Shown here one piece after another: positions 30,037 to 40,070 of a DNA stretch of 64,000 bases. Origin of the DNA: an uncultured archaeon (GTDB lineage: Archaea > Thermoplasmatota > Penumbrarchaeia > JASLWR01); NCBI GenBank assembly GCA_964342815.1, contig CAYFHS010000002.1, positions 278,282-342,281 on the forward strand, read 5' to 3'. Below the pieces are notes generated by a model. That model made no database searches. It was not told the DNA's origin and saw only the letters and a list, made by a program, of their open reading frames with translations. The first letter of the stretch is position 1, and every line of letters begins with the position of its first letter. The position numbers were made by a program, and so were the translations under genes.

Positions 30037-30425
30037 TGTTTATCGATACTTCGGTTTTGATCGAACTTTTAAAATCCAAACCAGGTTCGGAAATCTTCGA
30101 GAAAATATATTCTCATATCAGGGAAGAAAATCTATTCATTTCAGTCATTCAAATGGGCGAAATTTCGGACTGGTGTTTTAGAAACGATGAAGATCCGTCG
30201 AAGATAATGCCTGAATTGAAAGAGATAGTGGAGATATTGGAACTTGGTGAAGAGATCGTACTTCGAGCGTCGAAAATAAAATATGAACGTAGAAGAGAAG
30301 GATTCAAGAAGTTTGGTTTGATCGACGGATTGATCCTGGCAAGTTCAAGATATCTGGGCGAGACCTTGTTGACATATGACGCGGACTTTCGGGACTTGAA
30401 TGATGTAATTCTATTGAAGAAATAA
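30036..30425 (+). CDS. vapC: PIN-domain toxin (VapC)
   Basis: MFIDTSVLI, ISVIQMGEI, GLIDGLILAS, LLTYDADF. Confidence 0.88.
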   Translation: MFIDTSVLIELLKSKPGSEIFEKIYSHIREENLFISVIQMGEISDWCFRNDEDPSKIMPELKEIVEILELGEEIVLRASKIKYERRREGFKKFGLIDGLILASSRYLGETLLTYDADFRDLNDVILLKK

Positions 30426-30579
30426 TGAAGTGTCCCGCTCATAATCTCCGATTGATTCTACTTGATTCTCCACCCGTCCAATCATCTCTTTTCCCATCAG
30501 TGTGTCTAACAATCATAATCTATAAATAATTAAAACCTTATTTTACAATGTCTCGCTATCCAGACATCAAGGAGTTACC

Positions 30580-33500
30580 ATGTATTCCAAAAAAGCTGTT
30601 ACTCTGGCTTTGACTTTGCTTCTTCTCTCTTCCTATGCAATCATCGATTTTGATCAAACTTCAACAGAGAACAGGGACGCGCGCCTTTCTTCTAACAACG
30701 AACTGAGTAAAGATGAAACCTACAGAACCAGGTTTGCTGGGGGAAATGGGACCGAAGATGATCCATATCAGATATCTAATGTCACGCAGTTGCAGGATAT
30801 GAATTTGGACCTGGCTGCGAGTTATATATTGGTTAATGATATTGATGCATCCGAGACGAGAGGATGGAATGACGGGAGGGGATTTTCTCCTATAGCGAAA
30901 GATATTGGGGAGGAAGTAAATCAATTCACTGGAAGCCTTAATGGAAATGGATGTCATATCACTGATTTATATATCAACAGGCCGTCTGAGGACAATATCG
31001 GTCTATTTTGTGATATCAGTAATAGTGGACATATTAGCAATGTCAGTTTGATTGGTAGCAAGGTAAACGGTGATCGAAATGTTGGTGGGCTGGTGGGATT
31101 CAGTTGGTTTGGTACCATAAAGAATTGCTATGCAACAGGAGATATGAGCGGAGGATGGTATGTCGGTGGACTAGTGGGTGAAAATGGAGGTACGGTCCTG
31201 AACTGTTCTGCAACAGGAAATCTCACCAGTGATTCTAGAAGTGGTGGGTTAGTGGGTTACAATAAAGGCACTATACAGAACTGCTATGCAACAGGATATG
31301 TGAATGGGAAATGGAATATCGGGGGACTTGTGGGTTTTAACGCAGGTCCATTAGAGAACTGCTATGCAACAGGATATGTGATAGGAGAAGAAGGTATCGG
31401 CGGATTGGTGGGCTGGATTGTTTCCGAAGGACCGATAAGGAACTGCTATGCAACAAGTAATGTGACTGGTGATCAGAATATTGGTGGATTGGTGGGATTA
31501 AACGGTGGCGCGGTCTGGAATTCTTATGCAACAGGAAATGTTACCGGAGAAACAGAGTATGTTGGCGGGCTGGTGGGAAAAAATAAAGGCCCAATACATA
31601 ACAGCTATGCAATAGGAAATGTGAGCGCTCATCGCACCGTCGGTGGACTGGTCGGTATGAACAAAGATGCTTCGATCGAAAACTGCACGTCAATAGTAAA
31701 CATTAATGGAAGTTGGAATATCGGTGGGCTTATAGGTAATAACCAGTTCGGAACGGTACAAAACTGCACTACAGCGAGCAATGTAAGTGGGGACAACTAT
31801 ATCGGTGGACTGATCGGAAGCAGTTCTGGCACGATACAGAACTGCTCTTCCATAGGTAATGTGAAGGGAGAAGAGAATGTTGCCGGATTGGTTGGATTCA
31901 ATTCTGGCACGGTACAGAAATGCTCTGCAACAGGTAATGTGAGCGGGAATTTGAGTGTCGGCGGACTCATAGGTAATAACCAGTTTGGATCACTATATGA
32001 CTGCTATACCATCGGAAATATCAGCGGTATACGGAATGTTGGTGGACTCGTTGGACAACTCAATTTAAGCTACAATTTCCCGTGGAAAAGCTTCAACTCA
32101 TTTTATTGTATCAATTATACTACTGTTAACAACAAGCATTATGTTACGCCTTATGGCATCTATAAAAACCAGTTCGAGGATTGGATAAGTAATGGAAAAT
32201 CACTTGATATAGATGATTATCTTTCCAAAATACCAGGTACAAATAACTATAATATTTCTAGTGTTTCTGATATGAAAAAAATGTTACCATTCGCTTCATT
32301 TCCTTATTACAAGTTCAAACAAACTTCTGATATCAACCTGGCATCTGAGACGGAGTTTTATATACCCATTCTAAAAAGCGAGTACAATGGAAATGGTCAT
32401 TCGATATCGCATTTGGAAATTACATATTATAATAATGATAATTTAGGTATGTTTGGCACAATCTATGTTGGAGGATCTGTAGTTAATGTTTCCATAATCA
32501 ATAGTCAAGTAAGTGGTAATGATCTAATCGGAGGACTCTCAGGATACAATCAAGGTGTGATATTAAACTGCTCCACAGCTGGAAATACCATAGGTATTGA
32601 TAGTGTGGGTGGACTGGTAGGATTCAACTCGGCGACGATCCAGAACTGCTATGCAACAGGAGATATGAGCGGAGGATGGTATGTCGGTGGGTTAGTAGGA
32701 TTCAATCGTGACAAAGTGAATAACTCATATGCTACTGGAGAAGTGATTGGAGATTATGAAGTTGGAGGATTGGTGGGATTGAGTGATTCCGAAGGATCGA
32801 TAAGGAATTGCTATGCAACAGGTAATGTTACGGGTGTTCTGAATCTTGGAGGATTGGTGGGATTTGTTACCCATGGATCGATAAAGAACTGCTATGCAAC
32901 AGGTAATGTGATTGGAGATTTTGTGATTGGAGGATTGGTGGGATTTGTTACCTATGGATCGATAACGAACTGCTACACAACAGGCTATGTTACAGGGGAT
33001 GTGGATGTTGGTGGGCTAGTGGGAGACAATTTGATGAGCATTGTAGAGAACTGTTTCTGGGATATTGATACTTCTAGTCAGCCAAACAGCTTCGGCGGTA
33101 AAGGTAAAACTACAATAGAAATGATGACAAAAAGTACTTTCACAGAGGCGGGTTGGGATTTCGAAAGTATCTGGGCCATAAATGAATATGTTGATTACCC
33201 CCATCTTCAGTGGGAACGAAGAATAAAAATTGAGCCCGATGACTACGATAATGATAGTATCCCTGACATCATCGACGATTTTCCGACTGATCCTGCTGCT
33301 TCCATTGATATGGATAGTGACGGCTCACCAGATCAATGGAATCCCGGAATGAACGAAACAAATTCAACTACGGGATTACATCTGGACGCATTTCCCCTGG
33401 ACCCTGCAGCATCTCTGGATTCCGACAAAGATGGTATGCCGGACAAGTGGAATCCTGGGATGGACCAGAGTGATTCAACCTCGTATCCCCCATTAGAACT

Positions 33501-33720
33501 CGATATTTACCCAAACGATCCGGAGAACAAGTCACCTGGAGACAATAGCACTGAGACAACGACCGATAGCAGTTCAAAAACCTGGATTTGGGTGTCAGTG
33601 GCCGTAATGATCGTATTATTGGTCGCAGTTATTTTTGCCGTAGTGATCCGAAAGAAACGAAAGCCACAAGAAAAAGAAGAAAAAAATGATCTTGGCAGGG
33701 TTGAACCTGATGAGAAATAG
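30580..33720 (+). CDS. Cell-surface protein with two GLUG-repeat beta-helix modules, thrombospondin type-3-like Ca-binding repeats and a C-terminal TM anchor
   Basis: Many (V/I)GGLVG-N-G-I-NCYATG-V repeats; GNGTEDDPYQI cap; D-x-D-x-DG-x-PD repeats; TM followed by RKKRK. Confidence 0.88.
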   Translation: MYSKKAVTLALTLLLLSSYAIIDFDQTSTENRDARLSSNNELSKDETYRTRFAGGNGTEDDPYQISNVTQLQDMNLDLAASYILVNDIDASETRGWNDGRGFSPIAKDIGEEVNQFTGSLNGNGCHITDLYINRPSEDNIGLFCDISNSGHISNVSLIGSKVNGDRNVGGLVGFSWFGTIKNCYATGDMSGGWYVGGLVGENGGTVLNCSATGNLTSDSRSGGLVGYNKGTIQNCYATGYVNGKWNIGGLVGFNAGPLENCYATGYVIGEEGIGGLVGWIVSEGPIRNCYATSNVTGDQNIGGLVGLNGGAVWNSYATGNVTGETEYVGGLVGKNKGPIHNSYAIGNVSAHRTVGGLVGMNKDASIENCTSIVNINGSWNIGGLIGNNQFGTVQNCTTASNVSGDNYIGGLIGSSSGTIQNCSSIGNVKGEENVAGLVGFNSGTVQKCSATGNVSGNLSVGGLIGNNQFGSLYDCYTIGNISGIRNVGGLVGQLNLSYNFPWKSFNSFYCINYTTVNNKHYVTPYGIYKNQFEDWISNGKSLDIDDYLSKIPGTNNYNISSVSDMKKMLPFASFPYYKFKQTSDINLASETEFYIPILKSEYNGNGHSISHLEITYYNNDNLGMFGTIYVGGSVVNVSIINSQVSGNDLIGGLSGYNQGVILNCSTAGNTIGIDSVGGLVGFNSATIQNCYATGDMSGGWYVGGLVGFNRDKVNNSYATGEVIGDYEVGGLVGLSDSEGSIRNCYATGNVTGVLNLGGLVGFVTHGSIKNCYATGNVIGDFVIGGLVGFVTYGSITNCYTTGYVTGDVDVGGLVGDNLMSIVENCFWDIDTSSQPNSFGGKGKTTIEMMTKSTFTEAGWDFESIWAINEYVDYPHLQWERRIKIEPDDYDNDSIPDIIDDFPTDPAASIDMDSDGSPDQWNPGMNETNSTTGLHLDAFPLDPAASLDSDKDGMPDKWNPGMDQSDSTSYPPLELDIYPNDPENKSPGDNSTETTTDSSSKTWIWVSVAVMIVLLVAVIFAVVIRKKRKPQEKEEKNDLGRVEPDEK

Positions 33721-33779
33721 AATTTTCAACTTCGGAGAAATGGCGTGGGAGTGATAGTCACCTTTCTGATTACGTATAT

Positions 33780-33915
33780 CTTCTGCTCCCGCAGAAGCCG
33801 GGGGGGCTAGCCCCCTTTTTCTTTGTTTTTATTTTTTATTTTTCGGTCGGGCCGGTGTACGCTTCGCTCGCCTTATGGCCCCCGGCCCTCTTTATACAAA
33901 AGAAAAATCATAAAG
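33780..33915. repeat. REP-like intergenic element, copy A
   Basis: CTTCTGC/GCAGAAG hairpin; G-run/C-run hairpin with T tract; GGGCCGG...CCGGCCC stem; then CTCTTT..AAAAGAAAAATCATA, shared with the copy at 48035-48230. Confidence 0.5.
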
Positions 33916-34011
33916 AACGACGTAAATAAGGTGTCAAGCTCTACATAACTATTTATATCATGCAGAATATCGCAGTTCTATTGATAAAAAAAACATAAAG
34001 GAGCGATTCGG

Positions 34012-34302
34012 ATGGCATACAAGGTAAGAATGGTAGAGATGGCCGGCAAACTGTATTTGGAGATACCTCAGGAGGTTCAGGATGACCTCGAGATAAACCC
34101 GGATGGGTTGGCATCCGTTAAGGTGTATAACAGGCGGTCGTTTCTCGTGGAAATTAACGTCGCCGCAGATGCAAAGAGATCCAAGTGCGAGGCGTGCCTC
34201 CAGCGAGATGGGAAATTCATGTGTAAATTGTGCAAGCACTGGATCTGCTCGTCGTGTTTCTGGGAGATGGGAGGCATCTGCCGCAAGTGCATGGGAAAGT
34301 GA
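34012..34302 (+). CDS. AbrB-like N-terminal domain fused to a B-box-like zinc finger
   Basis: GKLYLEIPQEVQDDLEI; CEAC...CKLCKHWICSSC...CRKC. Confidence 0.6.
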   Translation: MAYKVRMVEMAGKLYLEIPQEVQDDLEINPDGLASVKVYNRRSFLVEINVAADAKRSKCEACLQRDGKFMCKLCKHWICSSCFWEMGGICRKCMGK

Positions 34303-34319
34303 TTTTCGGGTGCAGCTGA

Positions 34320-34634
34320 ATGATAACCATCAAATCAAGCTCGCAGGATGCGGTGGTGCTTCGTTATCTGCTGGAAAAATATCCTGTGACGGTAAAAGAA
34401 CTTTCCGATATGCTGACGCTTCCAAAAAGAACGTTGGATCAGGTAATAAAGAGGCTGAAACGGAGGGGCATCATCATACTGGAGCCGTTGCCTGGGAAAA
34501 CCTACGTTCGGCTGATAAGGCATGACATCAAGTTCGTCGGCATCAATCCGTCCCAGAGAAAGACACTGAAACATACCGGTAGGAAGGGGAAGAAAGGATT
34601 TGAGGACGAGGATGTTTCCAAAGCCTATCAGTGA
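34320..34634 (+). CDS. Winged-helix DNA-binding protein
   Basis: YPVTVKELSDMLTLPKRTLDQVIKRLKRRGII. Confidence 0.7.
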   Translation: MITIKSSSQDAVVLRYLLEKYPVTVKELSDMLTLPKRTLDQVIKRLKRRGIIILEPLPGKTYVRLIRHDIKFVGINPSQRKTLKHTGRKGKKGFEDEDVSKAYQ

Positions 34635-34668
34635 TCATCTGATTGAGCGGTCCGTACGGATGGTTTGA

Positions 34669-35274
34669 ATGTCACAAAATACTACCCTGGAAATAACCAA
34701 GCTCTCAAATCCGGGGAAAAATCCACGTATTCTTCTTCACATATGCTGCGCGCCGTGCTCCACCCGCTCAATCGATCTTTTACGCTCGGAGGGCTGGAAG
34801 GTCACAGGGTACTTTTACAACCCAAATATTTATCCACATGAGGAATACCTGATGAGATTGGATGAAGCAAATCAATACGCTGATAAGGCGGGAATTCCAC
34901 TCAGTACAGGTGTTTATGATAATGATGAATGGGAGGCGACCGTAAAAGAATACTCGCATTTGGGAGAAGGGTCCCGTAGATGCAGGGAATGCATATCATT
35001 CAGGTTGGAACGATGCGCAGGTCTGGCCGCCGACCTGAAATTCGACGCTTTCACCACCACGTTAACCATATCGCCCCATAAGAACAGCAAAATGATTTTC
35101 GAAATTGGCAATGAAATGGGCGGAAGACATAACGTGTGCTTCAAAAGTTATAATTTCAAAAAGAAGGACGGCTTTAAAAAAAGCATTTTCATATGTCGAG
35201 AGCATGGGATACGCCGACAGGATTACTGCGGGTGCAGGTATTCTCTCTTGGAACGACGAAAGGTCGGAAAATAG
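34669..35274 (+). CDS. queH: Epoxyqueuosine reductase QueH (DUF208) homologue
   Basis: LLHICCAPCS, FYNPNIYPHEEY, RCRECISFRL, FTTTLTISPHKN, RQDYCGCRYS. Confidence 0.88.
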   Translation: MSQNTTLEITKLSNPGKNPRILLHICCAPCSTRSIDLLRSEGWKVTGYFYNPNIYPHEEYLMRLDEANQYADKAGIPLSTGVYDNDEWEATVKEYSHLGEGSRRCRECISFRLERCAGLAADLKFDAFTTTLTISPHKNSKMIFEIGNEMGGRHNVCFKSYNFKKKDGFKKSIFICREHGIRRQDYCGCRYSLLERRKVGK

Positions 35275-35291
35275 AGAACGGGGGAAATTGG

Positions 35292-35618
35292 TTATTTGCT
35301 TTTCTTAGCCTTATCCTTTAATCGCTTCGTGCGGGCCTTGGCATTGAATCCCGTTGCTATATCGAGAAATTTATTGTATTTTTTCCTGGAGTCCAGCCCG
35401 GCTTCGATGTCCACATCAGGGTCCATTATGGTATCCACCATAAGCGTGCTCTTATCCTTCACCCAGGCGATTAGAGGCGAGAGGGCCCCATAGGTCACGT
35501 AGCATTTCCCATCTTTCAGCGAAACATGTGCCTCGCCAAACACATCACTCAGAACGTCGAATAACTTCGTCCCCTCGATATTCTTGTACTTTCCCCGTTT
35601 AATGTCCTGTTCCATCAT
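35292..35618 (-). CDS. Conserved archaeal hypothetical protein (DUF5611-like)
   Basis: VTYGAL, TLMVDTIMD, KYNKFLDIATGFNAKAR-K pattern; ATG 35618 follows a GGTGAT RBS. Confidence 0.65.
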   Translation of the reverse strand: MMEQDIKRGKYKNIEGTKLFDVLSDVFGEAHVSLKDGKCYVTYGALSPLIAWVKDKSTLMVDTIMDPDVDIEAGLDSRKKYNKFLDIATGFNAKARTKRLKDKAKKSK

Positions 35619-35769
35619 TTTTATCACCCTGGTAGTTCGTAGTCCGCTGGACGGTAAACCTTCATCTTGTGATTTATATTTTTGGGATATACCACAGGTT
35701 AAATTAAATAACATTTGTGAAATAATTGTTTGTCAGTATATCGTTCACAATTTGCACGGTGGGAAGAAA

Positions 35770-38700
35770 ATGAAATTGAATGATACTAATACAAAATGTT
35801 TAGCATTCATAATTATTATATTATTATTTGCAAATATCAACCTGTTATGGGATCGAGATGATAAAGAACCCGATGGATCTGAGCCCTCGGTGCAGGTAAA
35901 GGAGCATCGCCGGGAACATATTACCGGGACTCCGTCCGCTTCCTATTCTACAGGGGCTACTCGGGCAGTACGTAATTATCTTGAGGACCTAAACGCACAG
36001 TACAACTGGATCGACATAAGTCAGACCGGTACTTCGATATTCCTGGACGACGACGATTACCGGGAGGTCAACATGGGTTTGACCTTCAATTTCTACGACA
36101 CACCTTTCACCAGCTGCCGTATCAGTTCCAACGGAATGATCGTTTTCGGTAACACCAGCGATCCCTGGGAATACGAAAACGTACAATTTCCGTCAAACGT
36201 TTATTCTTATTACATGGCCCCGTTATGGGATGACCTATATCCTCCCGAAGGTGGAACGATATGCTACAAGAAACTTACGAATCCCGAACGTTTCGTGGTA
36301 TCCTATCTGGGAGTCCCCCATATCGACGATTGGGGGGGAGGAGGAATAGGTAACACATTTCAGGTGATAATGGATGCAAGTACAGGTATGATAACTTTCA
36401 ATTATCAGAACTTATGGGGCCAGAACAGTCCCACCGTGGGCCTCAACATGGGTGATGGAACCCATTTCAATATGCCCTTTTTCAACCAGAACCCTCCCGG
36501 TCTGCCCCGCTCACTTAAGTTTTTCATAACTATACCTCCCGTACCTGATGGTATGGCGCTTCGGAGCGCCAACGGTTACCGGAACATATGTTACACGGAA
36601 TTCCAACCGTACACCCTGGGGATCAACCTCACCACATACGAGGGCCTGAACGATATTTCCGATCTGAAGATAAAACTTGATTACAACACAACCAACATAA
36701 CGCTTGGTTTCAACGGTACATACAACAAATTTTACAAGAATGGCGACCCGGAGGACCATATCCACCTTCTCGATACGTCGTCATACAGGAATGACGGAAT
36801 CGATAAATGGTGGTTGTATTTCAACGTTACTTTCAACTTCACTTTTCCCCATGAAGATAAGATCGACTGCCTTGTTAGAACGTCAGGGAAATGCGGAATC
36901 TCACTCGATTACTGGTTCTCAAACGTCTTCAGGGTGGAAAACGACCTTATGTTCCAGGGAATTCCCTCATTCGAGGGTGAATTTCAGGGTGTGTTAAATG
37001 AGAACGATTGGATACGCGGAGGGGAGAAGATATCGGTATCCGGTCTCAGGGTTGTATATCAGGATTCGGCAGACGTCGTTCCCGCCGATGAACATTATGA
37101 CATCAAGGTCTTCGATAAAGCGGGAAACCACTGGTGGGACAATGAATCCAGTGGTGAAGAGGTCGCTCTGAATATTACTGCCCGTGATGAATCCGATACG
37201 GGCGAGGAATATACCATTACAATCGAAAACATACCTGACGCGGGAGTGTGCGCTATGGATTTGATATTTCCAATAAAAATTGATGCCGATGATCCTGAGC
37301 CACCACGCAATCTGCTTTGCCACCATAAGAATTTCAAAAATGATGAAACGGAATATACCAATGGGACCACGGCCTTCGTTACATGGGATGCCGTGGAGGA
37401 TACTCATTCGGGCCTGAAGGGATATTACCTATCACAGTTGGACAACTCGGGAACGCAGAATGGAACCTTCATTGAAGATACCATAAAAGCTGTTGACAAC
37501 CTCAAGGAAGGGCCGGCCCCCGTTTATGTCTGGTGCATAGACAATGTGGGGAACATAGGTGAAGCCTCTTTCTCTGAGATAATGGTTGACCGGACAGGAC
37601 CGGTATTCACAAATCTGACGCCTGAGGACGGTGCCTGGCACTCTAGCAGGAACGTTGAATTCTCTGTGGAGATATGGGACCGGAACGGCTCGGGAGTGGA
37701 CGGTACAACGGTGGAGTACGCATTGTCAACCGAGGGTCCATTCGACTATTCCTTCTGGGTGCCAGTGTGGGTTGAACCGGGTGCAGAGTTTGTCAACCCT
37801 TCACTTGACTATAAATTCCAGGAAGGGGCCGACAATTACGTGAAATGGCGGGCAAAGGACATGGCAGGAAACGGATTCGTGGAATCCCCGCCTGTGAACA
37901 TAAAGATAGATACCACCTACATAGATTTCGCCGAGGAGCTCACGGAGCAGGTCGCTTGGTACAAAAACAGGGTAGTCACCACCGGTATTTACGTAAGAGA
38001 CCTGGGCAGCGGTATTAATTTAAGTTCTTTTCAGGTAAGAATATCCACCGAAGGCTCCACAGCTTTCGGGGAATGGATGCCCGTGGATGTAAGAAATATT
38101 TCCGAGGCGGATATTGAGAATTACCGGGCCGGGTCTACGGGGCTGTCAACTGATGACTGGGACGATGAGGGGGCGTACAGGATAACGGCCACCTTTGCGT
38201 ACGCAGAGGGAGTCGACAACTACATCATGTTCCGGGGTACCGATCTGGTTGGAAATCCATTTGGCTCATCGGAGAAGTTCAACCTTAAGATAGATACCTC
38301 TCCGGTATATTTCGGCCTTTTCTCGCCTGGGGAGGACGAGTATGCCAACAAACAGGAAGTGGAATGTTTCATTGAGATCATGGATGATGGGTCCGGGGTG
38401 GACCCTGCAACAGTTGAATATTCCGTTGCCATGGGGGCGGGGGGCGACAGTTTAAGTTTTGGAGCATGGAAAACGGTCCTCTACGTTTCTCCGGGCAAAC
38501 CGACCCAGGTTTCATTGGACATCGAATTTGATTGGGGGCGGAACAACTTTATAAGGTGGAGGGCGGACGACATTATCGGTTCCGGCCACAACATTTCACC
38601 TTCGTACAGGATTTGGGTCAACTCCGATCCGGAACCGGAAATATCCTCACCCAAGGACGGTTTTAGTTCGTTCGATGACGTGGAAATACTGTTCGATGCT

Positions 38701-39810
38701 TCGAATTCCACCGACCTTGATGGGGACGCGCTTAATTTCACGTGGTATACCAACCTGAGCGGGGACGTGCCACTGAGTACGGAGGTGCTGTTCAGGGGGA
38801 AGCTGACCCCAGGGCATCACTTGATCACTTTACATGTGGATGACGGGCACGGCAATAATATGACCAGTGAGATCAAGGTCAATGTGAAGCCCAGGGCCGA
38901 TGAAGGAGGCGATCTCTTTGGTTTTTCCTCCGACAGCACGGTTCTTTGGATTATCATTTGTCTTTTTGTTCTTGTACTGATTGCAGTTGTGTTGATTTTC
39001 ATATTTGTTGTACGGAAAAAAAGAGATAAGGACGGGAATGAACAGGCACAATTGCCGCCACCCGGATCTCCAGTTCCACCTCAAGGAACTCCAATGGAAC
39101 AGGAACGGTTCCACCCGCCTTTGGGAGATCATGGGGAGCCGAGAAGCTTCCCGCCACCGCAGGATTATTACGCAACGGCGCCGGGTGTCAGCACGGAAAT
39201 GCAGACTGAAATGCTCGGCCCCCTTCCCGAGCTGACCCTGAGTGATCACGGCGAAGCTGGCCAACTGGCCCTTCCCGCTGCAGCTGACGGTCAGCCCGTG
39301 GAATCAGCCGCGCTTTCTACGGATGGGACTTCCCCCGGGGCAGCGGATCTTGTATCCCACAAGCCTGCTGAAAAGGAAGAACCGGTACCTGCCAAGACTA
39401 CGATAAAAAAGAGGCGGAAAAGAGTGGTCAAAAAGCCGATGGCCGAGATGCCGAAAAAGACTCCGAGTATCGGCGAAGCTCTGGAAGCATGGTCATTGGA
39501 CTTTGAAGAGAAAACCTCTGGAACCAAACCCAGTGCAGAACCTACTTCAGAGAACGTTCAGCCGTCCTCCGACGTTGTGGATACGGGCAATGTGGATACG
39601 GAGACAGTTATCTTGGACGAAGAGAAAGCAACACCCGCAGAGGCTGCTGCGTCCCCCGAAGATGTTGCTGTGGATCCCAAAGAAGAAGTCAAGGAAGTGG
39701 TTCTCACCTGTCATTCGTGCAGCGGGGATTACGCTGCTTCCATTACCGAGCTACCCATAATCGTAGTATGCCCGCATTGCAGCGCAGAGGGACAGATCGA
39801 TTCGCTCTGA
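35770..39810 (+). CDS. Large single-pass surface protein: NIDO-like, FN3/Ig and PKD domains, TM, long Pro/acidic cytoplasmic tail ending in a zinc ribbon
   Basis: FNFYDTPF...ISSNGMIVF...APLWDDL (NIDO-like); FDASNSTDLDGD (PKD); TM + RKKR; terminal CHSC...CPHC. ATG 35770 preferred over the track's 35584. Confidence 0.8.
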   Translation: MKLNDTNTKCLAFIIIILLFANINLLWDRDDKEPDGSEPSVQVKEHRREHITGTPSASYSTGATRAVRNYLEDLNAQYNWIDISQTGTSIFLDDDDYREVNMGLTFNFYDTPFTSCRISSNGMIVFGNTSDPWEYENVQFPSNVYSYYMAPLWDDLYPPEGGTICYKKLTNPERFVVSYLGVPHIDDWGGGGIGNTFQVIMDASTGMITFNYQNLWGQNSPTVGLNMGDGTHFNMPFFNQNPPGLPRSLKFFITIPPVPDGMALRSANGYRNICYTEFQPYTLGINLTTYEGLNDISDLKIKLDYNTTNITLGFNGTYNKFYKNGDPEDHIHLLDTSSYRNDGIDKWWLYFNVTFNFTFPHEDKIDCLVRTSGKCGISLDYWFSNVFRVENDLMFQGIPSFEGEFQGVLNENDWIRGGEKISVSGLRVVYQDSADVVPADEHYDIKVFDKAGNHWWDNESSGEEVALNITARDESDTGEEYTITIENIPDAGVCAMDLIFPIKIDADDPEPPRNLLCHHKNFKNDETEYTNGTTAFVTWDAVEDTHSGLKGYYLSQLDNSGTQNGTFIEDTIKAVDNLKEGPAPVYVWCIDNVGNIGEASFSEIMVDRTGPVFTNLTPEDGAWHSSRNVEFSVEIWDRNGSGVDGTTVEYALSTEGPFDYSFWVPVWVEPGAEFVNPSLDYKFQEGADNYVKWRAKDMAGNGFVESPPVNIKIDTTYIDFAEELTEQVAWYKNRVVTTGIYVRDLGSGINLSSFQVRISTEGSTAFGEWMPVDVRNISEADIENYRAGSTGLSTDDWDDEGAYRITATFAYAEGVDNYIMFRGTDLVGNPFGSSEKFNLKIDTSPVYFGLFSPGEDEYANKQEVECFIEIMDDGSGVDPATVEYSVAMGAGGDSLSFGAWKTVLYVSPGKPTQVSLDIEFDWGRNNFIRWRADDIIGSGHNISPSYRIWVNSDPEPEISSPKDGFSSFDDVEILFDASNSTDLDGDALNFTWYTNLSGDVPLSTEVLFRGKLTPGHHLITLHVDDGHGNNMTSEIKVNVKPRADEGGDLFGFSSDSTVLWIIICLFVLVLIAVVLIFIFVVRKKRDKDGNEQAQLPPPGSPVPPQGTPMEQERFHPPLGDHGEPRSFPPPQDYYATAPGVSTEMQTEMLGPLPELTLSDHGEAGQLALPAAADGQPVESAALSTDGTSPGAADLVSHKPAEKEEPVPAKTTIKKRRKRVVKKPMAEMPKKTPSIGEALEAWSLDFEEKTSGTKPSAEPTSENVQPSSDVVDTGNVDTETVILDEEKATPAEAAASPEDVAVDPKEEVKEVVLTCHSCSGDYAASITELPIIVVCPHCSAEGQIDSL

Positions 39811-39884
39811 GACATGGTAGCTGTTATTGTATTGAGTGAAATATTTTTACTGTGTTATACTGAGATAATTAATCTCTACTGGTG

Positions 39885-39960
39885 TTTTTCTTCGAGGCCT
39901 GCGACCCCCAGGCAAACGCAGGCCTCGTCTACGACACAAAAGAAGAATAGATAAGATCAT
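39885..39960. repeat. REP-like intergenic element, copy B
   Basis: Perfect 11-bp stem CGAGGCCTGCG (39893-39903) / CGCAGGCCTCG (39917-39927), then TCTACGACACAAAAGAAGAA; near-identical to 48045-48096. Confidence 0.75.
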
Positions 39961-40070
39961 CAAGGGCCTGATCCATCTCACCATAAACCTTATATAATTG
40001 TCCCAAGACCGTTCCAATCTCCTTAATATAAGCCTCGACCATACCATCATTATACCAAAAGGTGATCGTG

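Noticed and set aside
31126-32690. Diversity-generating retroelement template/variable repeat pair
   Set aside because: The copies are identical with no adenine-specific mismatches, both are inside the CDS, and there is no reverse transcriptase in the window.
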